Shown: positions 1 through 11,448 of the stretch, in pieces | How positions within the stretch are numbered: the stretch's first letter is position 1 | Layout: the number at the start of each line of letters is the position of its first letter | Assembly (NCBI GenBank): GCA_965227775.1 | Contig: OZ245777.1 | Coordinates: 2,816,001-2,880,000, forward strand | DNA: 64,000 nt | DNA from: Phycisphaerales bacterium | GTDB lineage: Bacteria > Planctomycetota > Phycisphaerae > Phycisphaerales > UBA1924 | Direction of reading: 5' to 3' | Notes under the pieces: model-generated | The model's input: only the letters and a program-made list of their open reading frames with translations | What the model was told of the DNA's origin: nothing | The model's database searches: none | Translations under genes and position numbers: made by a program

Positions 1-2
1 AC

Positions 3-509
3 ATCGCCGTCGACCTTGGCGACCGGCGCACGGGCCTGGCCGTAGGCGACGACCACACCAACGTCGCCTCGCCCTGGAAGACCCTCGAGATCCCGATCGA
101 GCACGAGGACGGTGAAAAGCTCATCAACGCGATCGAGAAGGAAGTCGCCCGTGAGTACGGCTCCAGCCCTCGCCTCGAGCTCGTCTTGGGGCTCCCACTG
201 CATCTCGACGGTCGCGAGAGCGATCGCAGCAAGAAGGCCCGGGTCTTCGCCGAGAGGCTCGGAGCCAAGATTGGCCGTCCCGTGCACCTCGCCGACGAGC
301 GTCTGACGAGCAAGCAGGCCGACTGGGCCATGGGCGGCTCAGGATTGACCCACCTCCAGAAAAAACGGCGGCGCGATGCCATCGCCGCTGCCGCACTCCT
401 CCAGGGGTTCCTCGATCGTCTGGAGACCCAGGAGGCCAACGATGCCGATGAAGGCAAGAACCATGAGGCGCATCCCAATGATGACGGCGTGGGGGAAGAA
501 GGGACGTAA
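3..509 (+). CDS. ruvX: YqgF/RuvX-family nuclease (5'-truncated by window edge)
   Basis: Frame open from nt 3: IAVDLGDRRTGLAVGD...VLGLPLHLDG...DERLTS...DAIAAAALLQGFL, typical YqgF motifs. Confidence 0.9.
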   Translation: MAVDLGDRRTGLAVGDDHTNVASPWKTLEIPIEHEDGEKLINAIEKEVAREYGSSPRLELVLGLPLHLDGRESDRSKKARVFAERLGAKIGRPVHLADERLTSKQADWAMGGSGLTHLQKKRRRDAIAAAALLQGFLDRLETQEANDADEGKNHEAHPNDDGVGEEGT

Positions 510-513
510 GACC

Positions 514-1461
514 ATGCGCATGGACGTGCTGAGCGTTGTTCTGACCGCCTCGATGCTCGTGGGCGGGCCTCTGGCGTGTGCACATCAGTCGGAGGCCGGA
601 TCCTCCGTCGCGGTGCCGCGGGCCCAAGCCGCCGAGGCCCAGCCCGAGTACGAGACAGCCGAGGACGTGCTGGCAGCGCTTGAGGATGCCGATGAAGGAT
701 TGCGTACCTTCACAAGCGGCATCATCTACACCACCATCACCGACCTCGGCGGCGCATTGAAGCGGCGCACGGGCCAGATTGCTTTTGCGCAGGAGCCCGC
801 TGCGGACGGCCCGACAAACCGCCGTTTCGCAGTACGTTTCGATACGTACTTGGTCGGCGAGCGATACTTCGAGGACGATCGTGCGCTTCAGACCATTGCC
901 TTCGACGGCCGGTTCCTGACCGAGATGCTCCACAGCGAGCAGCAGATCAACAAGCGTGAGATCGTCGCTCAGGGCCAGGACGTCGACCCCTTTGAGCTCG
1001 GCGACGGGCCCTTCCCCCCGCTACCCATCGGCCAGCAGAAGGACGACATCCTCCGCCGCTATGACGTGCGATTGGTTCCTGCGACGGAAGGCCTGGAGCC
1101 CAACGCGGACCTCGACCCCAAGGATCCGTTTGACCTTCCCGAGATCCGCAGCGCAGAGCGCCTCATGCGCTTTGCCGAGGGGTCCGTCCAACTCCTGCTC
1201 GTCCCCAGGCGCGCGAGCGCCGACGCCAAGTTCAGCGAGATCCGGCTGTGGTACAAGGCTGACGAGTCGGGCCGGTTGCTTCCGCGGATGAGCCGGACGG
1301 TTGACGCGAACTCGCGTGACGTCTCGATCGTGCAGCTCATGCACCCACTGAAGATCAACGACGCCCCTCGCGAGGATCTGCTGACAATCGAGCCTCCCGA
1401 GGGCTGGACGGTCAACGAGAGCCGCCTCAGCACCCCGACAACCGGCAGGGAACGCCCCTAA
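514..1461 (+). CDS. Exported protein, possible LolA-like fold
   Basis: N-terminal signal-like segment; RFAVRFD...FDGRFLTE...GPFPPLPIGQ pattern resembles LolA-like carriers; start taken at ATG 514. Confidence 0.5.
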   Translation: MRMDVLSVVLTASMLVGGPLACAHQSEAGSSVAVPRAQAAEAQPEYETAEDVLAALEDADEGLRTFTSGIIYTTITDLGGALKRRTGQIAFAQEPAADGPTNRRFAVRFDTYLVGERYFEDDRALQTIAFDGRFLTEMLHSEQQINKREIVAQGQDVDPFELGDGPFPPLPIGQQKDDILRRYDVRLVPATEGLEPNADLDPKDPFDLPEIRSAERLMRFAEGSVQLLLVPRRASADAKFSEIRLWYKADESGRLLPRMSRTVDANSRDVSIVQLMHPLKINDAPREDLLTIEPPEGWTVNESRLSTPTTGRERP

Positions 1462-1530
1462 GAAGTCGCTTTCCCGCAAGCCACACGCCTCGGATGGGCG
1501 AAGAACATGGGGTCGGGAGGCGTTGATCCC

Positions 1531-4140
1531 ATGATGCGAGCCCACTGGAAGAGCCCGAGAACCATGCTGGCCGCCCTGCTGGCGACCGCGGGCCTTGCCG
1601 TCGCCCAAAACCGCGTGCAGGACGACGGCATCAGCCTCTCGCCCGCCGTCGAGCGTGCTCTCGATGCGGGATACCTGACCGACGACGAGCGGCGCGAGCT
1701 GCGACTCTTCCACGGCCAGTGGACCGCCCAGGACCTCATCGAACCCGCCTTGGCAGCCCGCGCCGCGTTGCTGGCCGGCGACCTCAACCATCCGGCGCTC
1801 GACAGCGAAGATGTAAATCCGCTCGACCGGGCCGAGGCGATGATCCTCCGTGGAGACGTGCAGGCAGCACTCGAATTGATCGAGGACGACCAATCCATTC
1901 GTGCCCTCAGGCTCCGCGCGCATGGATTCGAACTGCTGGGCGATTTGCCTGCCGTTCGCCGGGCAACCGACGTTGGCATGGATCGCCTTGCCCGCGAGCG
2001 CGCCGAAGGCGCCGAAGAACTGACCGAGGGCGTGCGCCTGCTGATCATCCGCGCCCGCACCGTCGGGGTGGAACAGGGCGCCGACGACTACGGCCTGATG
2101 GTCAACCTGCTTGCCACGGTGCGCGACGAGCTGGATCGCCTGTATTGGCCGGCGCGCCTGGCCGAAGCCGAGTTGCTCGACGCACGCGACAACCGACCGC
2201 AGGCACGCGAGGCTTTGCTGGAAACGCTGTCACTGAACCCGGCCAGCGCCGCGGCGTGGCGCGCGTTGGGCCAAAGCCACGTACGCGCGTTTAACTTCGA
2301 CGCCGCAGAAGCCGTTGCCAACGAACTCGATCGCATCGCCGCCTCCGTGCGCCCGGGCGCGACGTCGCCATACGCGACGCTCATCCGCGCTCGTTCGCTG
2401 CTCCGGCAGAAGGAGCCGCGCCTGGCGGCCGAGGCCGTGGATGCCTTGCTCGCCGATTACCCCACCATGCGCGACGCGCTGGCGGTTCGGCTTGCCATCG
2501 CCGCGGTCTACCGCGATAGCGAGAAGGAGCGGGAGCTCCTGGCCAATCTCGAGGAGTTGTCTCCCGGCAGCGCGCTGCCCCACTACGAGGCGGGCCGCCA
2601 GCTCGCAGACTGGCGGCAATACGCCCCCGCCATGGCATACCTCGAGGAAGCAACCACGCGCCAGCCGTCATGGCCCGAGCCCTGGATCGAGCTGGGCCTG
2701 CTCGCGATGCAAGCAGCCGAGGACGAAACCGCCATCGCCGCCCTCGAGCGTGCAACGACGCTCGATCCGTTCAACGTGCGCGCGAAGAACACGCTCCGCC
2801 TCGCAACCGAACTCGCCAACTACGGGCGCGTCGAGACCGAGCACTTCACCATCCGCTATCGCCCCGGCCCCGACGCGGTGCTGGCCGAAGAGATGGGGCC
2901 GGTGATGGAGCAGATCCACGCGCGCATCACGGGCGCTAACAACAACGGCCTCGCCCACGAGCCCGACCGCAAGACCGTCATCGACCTGATGCCCAGCCAC
3001 GACTGGTTCGCGGTGCGCATCACGGGCATGCCCGACATCTTTACGATCGCCGCCAGCACGGGGCCCGCAATCGCGATGGAGACGCCTCGGCCAAACCCTG
3101 GCAGCACGACGCAGGGGTACGACTGGCCGCGCGTCCTGCAGCACGAGTACGTGCACACGGTCGGCCTGAGCCGCACCAAGAACCGGGTGCCGCACTGGTT
3201 TACCGAGGCCCAGGCGGTGTTCCTCGAGGACGGGCCCTGGGACGAGAACCGTGCCCGCATGCTGACGGCAGCGCTCGAAAAGGACGAGCTCTTCGCGCTC
3301 GATGACCTGAGCCTCGGATTCATCCGCCCGAAGCGGCCCGGCGACCGCAGCCTCGCCTATGCCCAGTCGGCGTGGCTGTATCAGTACCTCGTCGAGCGTT
3401 TTGGGTCAGAGGCACCGTTGGAGCTCATGGACGCGTATGCCGACGGGCAAACGCAGCGCGAAGCCTTCGAAAACGTGCTCGAGATCGACCAAGATCAACT
3501 CGAATCGGAGTTCCTCGCGTGGGCCGCGCGCCAATCGCGTGGCTGGGGGCTGCTTCCGCCCGAGCGGTATCCAACGCTCGACCAGCTCGCCCAGCAGTAC
3601 CAAGACGACACGGGCGAGGAAACACCCACGATGCAGGCGTTGCTCGAGGCCTACCCCGATCACCCGCAGCTCATCGAGGAACTCGCACGCAATCGGCTCG
3701 AGGAGAACAACGGCCGGCCTACGCCCGAGATGCGTGAAATCCTGACGCGGTGGGCGCACGCCGTGCCCGTGGCCGACGAGCCCCGCCGCTGGCTGGTGTT
3801 GCTCGCTCGCGAGGGCGGCATCGACCCCACCGACAACACAACGCTCGGCTACCTTGAGCACCTCGACGCCCGAGCCCAGTACACCGGCGCCTACGCCGCC
3901 GAGCTCGCACGCCTCTACATGCAGCGCGACGAGTTGGACAGAGCGCTCGCCAAGGCCGTGCGCGCCGTGCAGATCGAGCCGTTCGACGCGCCGCTGCGCG
4001 AGCTCGCAGCCACCGTGGCGTGGCGCGCCGGCGAATTCACCAAGGCCCGCGACCAGGTCGAAGCCTTGACCATCATCGAGCCCGACCGCGACATCCACCG
4101 CCAGCGACTCGAAGCGATGGACCAGCGGCTGCGTCGGTAA
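1531..4140 (+). CDS. Exported TPR-repeat protein with MA-clan (gluzincin-like) peptidase domain
   Basis: Signal peptide (AGLAVA-Q), TPR-like helices, HEYVH followed by PHWFTEAQA; start approximate (1507-1564). Confidence 0.75.
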   Translation: MMRAHWKSPRTMLAALLATAGLAVAQNRVQDDGISLSPAVERALDAGYLTDDERRELRLFHGQWTAQDLIEPALAARAALLAGDLNHPALDSEDVNPLDRAEAMILRGDVQAALELIEDDQSIRALRLRAHGFELLGDLPAVRRATDVGMDRLARERAEGAEELTEGVRLLIIRARTVGVEQGADDYGLMVNLLATVRDELDRLYWPARLAEAELLDARDNRPQAREALLETLSLNPASAAAWRALGQSHVRAFNFDAAEAVANELDRIAASVRPGATSPYATLIRARSLLRQKEPRLAAEAVDALLADYPTMRDALAVRLAIAAVYRDSEKERELLANLEELSPGSALPHYEAGRQLADWRQYAPAMAYLEEATTRQPSWPEPWIELGLLAMQAAEDETAIAALERATTLDPFNVRAKNTLRLATELANYGRVETEHFTIRYRPGPDAVLAEEMGPVMEQIHARITGANNNGLAHEPDRKTVIDLMPSHDWFAVRITGMPDIFTIAASTGPAIAMETPRPNPGSTTQGYDWPRVLQHEYVHTVGLSRTKNRVPHWFTEAQAVFLEDGPWDENRARMLTAALEKDELFALDDLSLGFIRPKRPGDRSLAYAQSAWLYQYLVERFGSEAPLELMDAYADGQTQREAFENVLEIDQDQLESEFLAWAARQSRGWGLLPPERYPTLDQLAQQYQDDTGEETPTMQALLEAYPDHPQLIEELARNRLEENNGRPTPEMREILTRWAHAVPVADEPRRWLVLLAREGGIDPTDNTTLGYLEHLDARAQYTGAYAAELARLYMQRDELDRALAKAVRAVQIEPFDAPLRELAATVAWRAGEFTKARDQVEALTIIEPDRDIHRQRLEAMDQRLRR

Positions 4141-4242
4141 GAGTCTGTGGCCAAAGTTCAAATGCGCTGTGGAATGCCAGCAACCTGACGTCGTTGAGCG
4201 TGACGCGCTAGATCACGTGCGCGAACTGTGCTGCACGCGAAT

Positions 4243-5220
4243 TCAGGTCGGCGCCTCGACGCTCTGGATGATCCCCTCCAGGATGCTCTCGGCTTCGCGC
4301 CCATCACCCTGCTCGAGCCCGCCGCGAACAATCAGTCGGTGGGCGACCACGGGCATGATGTTGTCCAGCACGTCTTCGGGCACAACGTAGTCGCGTCCAT
4401 CGATGAGTGCCGTCGCGCGGGCAACCTGCGTCAGTGCAAGGGCACCACGCGGGGAGAGGCCCAGGCGCAGGTCGGGCGATCGTCGCGTCGCACCGGCAAT
4501 CGCAACAACGTATTCCAGGATCTTGGCGTCCACACGCACGGCATCGACACGCGCCTGCAACTCGCTCAGTGTCTCCAGCGGCATCACCGGCTCAAGCTGC
4601 GGCAGCGCGTTGCTGGCCGGGCGGCTCTCGAGCACATGGACTTCCGTCGATGGGTCGGGGTAGCCCAGACGCGTGCGCATGAGGAAGCGATCCAGCTGGT
4701 TTTCGGGCAGCAGGTACGTGCCCTCGAAGTCGTATGGGTTCTGCGTCGCGATGACCATGAAGGGTTTGGGTAGCGGGTGGCTGGTGCCGTCGATCGACAC
4801 GGTCGCCTCGCTCATGGCCTCCAGCAACGCGGTCTGCGTGCGCGGCGTCGTTCGGTTGATCTCATCAGCCAGCACGAAGTTGGCGAAGATCGGACCGGGC
4901 TTGAACGTGAATTCGCCGCGGTCGCGGTCGTACACGCTCACACCCAGGATGTCGCTTGGCAGCAGGTCGGGCGTCATCTGCACGCGCGAGAGTTGGCCTT
5001 TGACGCTGCGGGAGATCGCCCCCGCAAGAACCGTCTTGCCCACGCCGGGCACGTCCTCGATCAGGAGGTGACCACCCGCCAGCATGGTGCGGAGCACACG
5101 GTCGATGGCCCGTGGGTTGCCCATGAAGACCGACGCGATGTTGTCGCGCAGCCTCGAGATTGGCTCGGCGCTCGGCTGGGGGTTGGACTCAGCGTTTGGG
5201 CCGTCGGCGGCTTCGGGCAT
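4243..5220 (-). CDS. moxR: MoxR-family AAA+ ATPase
   Basis: HLLIEDVPGVGKT, TPDLLPSDILG, DEINRTTPRTQTALLEAM, ATQNP, LDRF. Confidence 0.93.
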   Translation of the reverse strand: MPEAADGPNAESNPQPSAEPISRLRDNIASVFMGNPRAIDRVLRTMLAGGHLLIEDVPGVGKTVLAGAISRSVKGQLSRVQMTPDLLPSDILGVSVYDRDRGEFTFKPGPIFANFVLADEINRTTPRTQTALLEAMSEATVSIDGTSHPLPKPFMVIATQNPYDFEGTYLLPENQLDRFLMRTRLGYPDPSTEVHVLESRPASNALPQLEPVMPLETLSELQARVDAVRVDAKILEYVVAIAGATRRSPDLRLGLSPRGALALTQVARATALIDGRDYVVPEDVLDNIMPVVAHRLIVRGGLEQGDGREAESILEGIIQSVEAPT

Positions 5221-5430
5221 GCGGCGCTCCATGCGGCCAGAGGATGAAGAGGGCTGGAGTTTGGTACGTGCGGACGGATCGGCTTCCCACGAGAGTGCGA
5301 GCATACGCCAGATTCGGGGCCCTGTCGGGCGGTCGAGGGACCCGCTGGGCTCGCCTCTGGGGACCAGCCCCGCTACCCTTACGCCCCTTCGACGGAGGGG
5401 AAATTTGAGACCGTCCCGATTCGCCCGAAC

Positions 5431-5957
5431 ATGACCCAAGCGACCACCCAACATCACGCCCAGGAAGCAGGCACGAGCGACTCGTGCGATGCGGTGACCA
5501 TTTCGCTCTACGGCCCGGCTGCCGTCGCGATCGGTGCTGGTGCGTCGGCCGCGGGTGCGATGTTCGCGGCATTGCTCGCACTCGCCGCGAAGGCCGAGGG
5601 CGACTCACTCATGGGCGGCGTGGTGGCGGCCATGCTGCTGGCCGGCTCTTGGATCATGGCGTGGGGTGGGGCGGCGATCACCGGCCCCTACCGCCCGGCC
5701 GTTGCCGGGATGGCCTGGCTCGCCATTTCTACCGCTCGATTGCTGGTTCTTGTCGTGGCAGGCATTGCCTTTGCCCTGGCCGCGCCAACGATGGGGCTCG
5801 GCTTGTGGCTCGCCCTGCTGGTGGGCGGGCTGACCGCGGTGGGCGTCGATTGCGCGATGGCCCTGCGGAGCTTCCGCCAGCAACTGCCTGTTTCGACTAC
5901 TCCGACGGATTCGAATGACGACGCCCACCGGGCGCGCACTAGCGGAGGCTCGCGTTG

Positions 5958-5958
<1 letters not shown>
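5431..5958 (+). CDS. Four-TM membrane protein at head of atp cluster (AtpI-like position)
   Basis: About 4 hydrophobic helices; stop overlaps atpB start (TGATG). Confidence 0.5.
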
Positions 5959-7380
<1,422 letters not shown>

Positions 7381-7393
7381 GCCCGCCCGAGTA

Positions 7394-7420
7394 GCGCGCA
7401 CCGGCACCGCCGGTGCGCGC
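7394..7420 (+). promoter_or_regulatory. 12-bp perfect stem-loop between atpE and atpF
   Basis: gcgcgcaccggc-acc-gccggtgcgcgc; no U-tract. Confidence 0.6.
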
Positions 7421-7433
7421 CCAGGAGGTCGCG

Positions 7434-8039
7434 ATGCGACGTTTGCTCCTTAACGCGTCCACATCCGTGGCGGTGCTCGCCATGCCTGTGGTCGCCATGG
7501 CCGCCGAGGAAGGCAAAAAGGGCACGGTCATCCCCGGCATCAAGGCCGGCGTGCCCATGATGCTCGCCACACTGCTGGTCTTCGGCATCGTGTTCTTCAT
7601 CCTCTGGAAGTTCGCGTGGCCGCCGATCGTCAAGGGCCTCGAAGATCGGGATCGCAAGATCCTCGAGGGCCTCGAAGCCTCCAAGCGCGCGTTGGCCGAA
7701 GCCGATGCGATGAAGGAGCGCTACGAGAGCCAGCTGACCGAGGCACGGAGTGAGGCCCAGCGCATCTTGGCCGAGACCAAGGCTCGCCAGGCCGAGTTCA
7801 CCGCGGAGCTACGTTCGAAGGCCGATGCCGAGCTGTCCCGCATGCGCGAGAAGGCGCAGAAGGACATCGACGCAGCCCGCCGTGTGGCAGTCAACGAGCT
7901 CTACGCCGAAGCAGCACGCCTCGCGACGCTCATGGCTACGAAGATCCTCGAGCGCGAGGTGAGCGAGCAAGACCAGGCCCGCCTGGTTGAGCAGGCGCTC
8001 AGCGAGTTCGAGTCCGGCCGGCAGGCCTCGGACAACTAG
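7434..8039 (+). CDS. atpF: F0 ATP synthase subunit b
   Basis: TM segment then LWKFAWPPIVKGLEDR and long coiled coil; AGGAGG SD upstream. Confidence 0.93.
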   Translation: MRRLLLNASTSVAVLAMPVVAMAAEEGKKGTVIPGIKAGVPMMLATLLVFGIVFFILWKFAWPPIVKGLEDRDRKILEGLEASKRALAEADAMKERYESQLTEARSEAQRILAETKARQAEFTAELRSKADAELSRMREKAQKDIDAARRVAVNELYAEAARLATLMATKILEREVSEQDQARLVEQALSEFESGRQASDN

Positions 8040-8079
8040 CACCGCGACGGTTCAGGCCCTTACCCGGGAGTATCACGGC

Positions 8080-8727
8080 ATGCCGCTGCTCGAAAGCCCG
8101 CCCGACGCCCTGTCGGACATCTACGCAACCAGCCTCTACGAAGTCTGCCAGCAGGCCGGCGGCGATGCCGCGCTCAAGGAGACCCTCGACGAGCTCAGGG
8201 GCATTCTCGACATGGCGCGTGATCACGCCGCCTTCAACGAGTTTCTCGCTTCGCGCGTGCTTGGCACCAGCGAGCGAGCCACGTCGCTCCGGAAGATCTT
8301 TGAGGGCAAGGTCTCGAGCCGGACCCTGACCTTCCTGCTCGTCCTCAACGACAAGGATCGCCTCGGTCGACTTCCCGGCATCGTCCAGGCCTTCCACGAC
8401 AAGGCCCAAGAGGCCTTCGGGCAGCTCGAGGTCGACGTCCACACCGCAGGACCCATCAGTTCGGCCGATCTGGACGCCATCCGCGATCGCCTTGCCTCAG
8501 CGTTGGGCAAGGACGTGGTGGCGACGCATTGGAGCGACCCGTCGATGATTGGCGGGCTCAAGCTGCGCTACGGCGACCAGCTGATCGACGGTTCTATCGC
8601 GGCCCGCATGCGCCGGCTGCGTGATCAACTCGGCCACGACGGAGCTGCGCGGATCCGCGCTCGTGTGGGCGAGATGATCGACGCCCAAGCCTCGGCCGCC
8701 CCCGACTCTGACTGTTCCGACGCCTGA
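8080..8727 (+). CDS. atpH: F1 ATP synthase subunit delta
   Basis: YATSLYE, FLLVLNDKDRL, DPSMIGGLKLRYGDQLIDGSI. Confidence 0.9.
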   Translation: MPLLESPPDALSDIYATSLYEVCQQAGGDAALKETLDELRGILDMARDHAAFNEFLASRVLGTSERATSLRKIFEGKVSSRTLTFLLVLNDKDRLGRLPGIVQAFHDKAQEAFGQLEVDVHTAGPISSADLDAIRDRLASALGKDVVATHWSDPSMIGGLKLRYGDQLIDGSIAARMRRLRDQLGHDGAARIRARVGEMIDAQASAAPDSDCSDA

Positions 8728-8747
8728 TCCCCGGAAGGGATTCTTCC

Positions 8748-9953
8748 ATGCCGACGCGGACCATCGCCCAGACCCCCGTCGAATCGAAGCGGGCCCTTGT
8801 CCGCGTGGACTTCAACGTACCCATGGACGGGAGCGCGATCGCCGACGATCGCCGCATCCGTTCCGCGGTACCAACGATCAAGAGCGTGCTGGATCGGGGC
8901 GGTAGCGTCGTGCTCATGAGCCACATGGGTCGGCCAAAGGGCAACGGGTACGAAGCGGAATTCAGCCTGGGCCCCGCCGCCGAGCATCTCTCGAAGCTGC
9001 TCGGGTGTTCGGTCGAGTTCCCATCGCATGACTGTGTCGACGCTGAGACAGCAGCAGCCGTCTCGGCAATGAAGCCCGGCAACGTCTTGCTGCTCGAAAA
9101 CCTGCGATTCCACAAGGCCGAGAAGACCGGCGATGCGAGCTTCGCAGAGAAGCTCGCGAGCTACGGCGACCTGTACGTCAACGACGCGTTCGGCACGTGC
9201 CATCGCGCCCACGCATCGATGGTTGCTGTGCCTCGCGCCATGGCGGGCAAGCCCCGGGTCGCGGGCTTGCTTGTCGAGAAGGAAATCGAATTCCTGAGCG
9301 ACGCCGTTTCCAACCCGCGCAAGCCGATGGTCGTGATCTTGGGCGGGGCCAAGGTGTCTTCCAAGATCGGCGCTATCGAGCACCTATTGCCCAAGTGCGA
9401 CACCATGCTCATCGGCGGTGCCATGGCCTACACGTTTATGCGTGCCAAGGGCGAGCCCACGGGGACGAGCCTGGTAGAGGATGAGCACGTCGCAACAGCA
9501 GGGCGCGCGATGGCGGCGGCGAAGGCCGCGGGCGTCGACCTGCTCCTGCCCATCGACCACATGGTCGCCGACAAATTCGACCATGGCGCCCCCACCCGGG
9601 CCGAAGATCGCATCCCCGACGACGCGGTCGCGGTTGATATCGGACCCCAGACAGCTCTGGAGTACGCTCGAGCGATCCAGGGAGCCAAGAGCGTTCTCTG
9701 GAACGGACCAATGGGGATCTTCGAGTGGCCTGGGGCCGACGGCGGCACCCGGACCGTCGCTGAGGCCCTCGTGCGAGCCACCAGGGCGGGGGCGGTCACC
9801 ATCGTGGGCGGCGGCGACTCGGCCGCGGCGCTGGACTCGATGGGCTTATCGACCGATATCACCCACGTATCGACCGGTGGCGGAGCCTCGGTGGAGATGC
9901 TTGAGGGCAAGCGGTTCGAGGCCATCGAGGTGCTCGACACCACCAACGAATAG
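8748..9953 (+). CDS. pgk: Phosphoglycerate kinase
   Basis: RVDFNVP, SHMGRP, LLENLRF, NDAFGTCHRAHAS, GGAKV, STGGGAS. Confidence 0.98.
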   Translation: MPTRTIAQTPVESKRALVRVDFNVPMDGSAIADDRRIRSAVPTIKSVLDRGGSVVLMSHMGRPKGNGYEAEFSLGPAAEHLSKLLGCSVEFPSHDCVDAETAAAVSAMKPGNVLLLENLRFHKAEKTGDASFAEKLASYGDLYVNDAFGTCHRAHASMVAVPRAMAGKPRVAGLLVEKEIEFLSDAVSNPRKPMVVILGGAKVSSKIGAIEHLLPKCDTMLIGGAMAYTFMRAKGEPTGTSLVEDEHVATAGRAMAAAKAAGVDLLLPIDHMVADKFDHGAPTRAEDRIPDDAVAVDIGPQTALEYARAIQGAKSVLWNGPMGIFEWPGADGGTRTVAEALVRATRAGAVTIVGGGDSAAALDSMGLSTDITHVSTGGGASVEMLEGKRFEAIEVLDTTNE

Positions 9954-10004
9954 CACGCCGGACGAGCCACCTCGCTCTCCGACGGCATCGGGAGCAGGGC
10001 AGGC

Positions 10005-11417
10005 ATGGCAACGTACGACCTTTGCGTCATCGGGAGTGGGCCTGCCGGCCAGCGGGCGGCGATCCAATCGGCAAAGCTCGGCAAGCGCGTCTGCGTGATC
10101 GAGCGGCTGCGCGAGGTCGGCGGCGTGGCCGTCAACACCGGCACCATTCCCAGCAAGGCGCTTCGCGAGGCCATCCTCGGCACCAGCGGCAACAAGAACT
10201 TGCTGCCCACCGAGAGCGACTTCATGGCGGCCCGCAGCCAGTCGTTTGCCGGGTTGCTTGAGGCAGCCAACAAGGTCATCCGCCACGAGGTCACCAAGGT
10301 TGCCGGCCACTTCGCGTCCAACGGCATCGATGTCGCGTATGGCGAGGCGTCGTTCCTCGATCCGCACACTATTCGCGTTGCGGGCGCCAACGTGTCGGAA
10401 GTCAAGGCCGACAAGATCCTGATCGCCGTCGGCGCCAGCCCGGCCAGGCCCGACGACATCCCCTTCGACGGCCAGAATGTCATCACGAGTGATGAGCTCA
10501 TGCGCCTCGAGTACCTCCCCGCCACCATGATCGTCATTGGCGGCGGCGTGATCGGTACCGAATACGCCTCGATGCTGACAAACCTGGGCGTGCGCGTCAC
10601 GCTCATCGAGGGACGCAACGAGCTGCTGGGATTCGTCGACAAGGAAATCACCGAGGCGCTGCAGTTCCACCTCCGCAAGCGCGGCATGACGCTGCGCCTG
10701 GGCGAGAAAGCCGTGAAGATCTCGGTCATCGATCCGCCGGATCTGGCCCGTAGCGGCAATCAGCAGATGGCAGAGGTCTTCCTCGAGAGCGGCAAGACCA
10801 TCAGGGCCGATTGCCTGCTCTATTGCGTTGGTCGCCAGGGCGCGACCGACGCGCTCAACCTCCAGGCTGCCGGACTCTCGGCCGACAAGCGCGGCCGGAT
10901 CGAGGTCAACGAGCACTACCAGACCGAGGTCGAGCACATCTGTGCCGCCGGCGACGTCGTAGGGTTCCCGGCGCTCGCCAGCACGAGCATGGAGCAGGGC
11001 CGCCACGCCGCGTGCCACATGTTCGAGGTCCAATTACCCGAGCACTCCAAGACGCTGCCCTATGGGGTCTACTCCATTCCCGAGATCTCGATGGTGGGCA
11101 AGACCGAGCAGGAGCTGACCGAAGAGAACATCCCTTTCGAGTCGGGCGTTGCCCAATACGACGAGATCGCTCGCGGCCAGCTGCTGGGCGATGAGCTGGG
11201 CATGCTCAAGCTGCTGATCCACCAGGAGACCCAGCACATCCTGGGCGTCCACGTCATCGGCGCCGGCGCGACCGAGATCGTCCACATCGGCCAAGCCGTC
11301 ATGGCCCTGGGCGGCACACTGGATTACTTTGTGCACACGGTCTTCAACTACCCGACGCTGGCCGAGTGCTACAAGGTCGCGGCACTCAACGGCCGCAACC
11401 GGCTGCGCAGCACCTGA
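10005..11417 (+). CDS. sthA: Soluble pyridine nucleotide transhydrogenase
   Basis: [54 protein letters not shown]. Confidence 0.9.
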   Translation: MATYDLCVIGSGPAGQRAAIQSAKLGKRVCVIERLREVGGVAVNTGTIPSKALREAILGTSGNKNLLPTESDFMAARSQSFAGLLEAANKVIRHEVTKVAGHFASNGIDVAYGEASFLDPHTIRVAGANVSEVKADKILIAVGASPARPDDIPFDGQNVITSDELMRLEYLPATMIVIGGGVIGTEYASMLTNLGVRVTLIEGRNELLGFVDKEITEALQFHLRKRGMTLRLGEKAVKISVIDPPDLARSGNQQMAEVFLESGKTIRADCLLYCVGRQGATDALNLQAAGLSADKRGRIEVNEHYQTEVEHICAAGDVVGFPALASTSMEQGRHAACHMFEVQLPEHSKTLPYGVYSIPEISMVGKTEQELTEENIPFESGVAQYDEIARGQLLGDELGMLKLLIHQETQHILGVHVIGAGATEIVHIGQAVMALGGTLDYFVHTVFNYPTLAECYKVAALNGRNRLRST

Positions 11418-11448
11418 CCGATCAGCCGTGGCCTAGCCTCGTTCCGGC

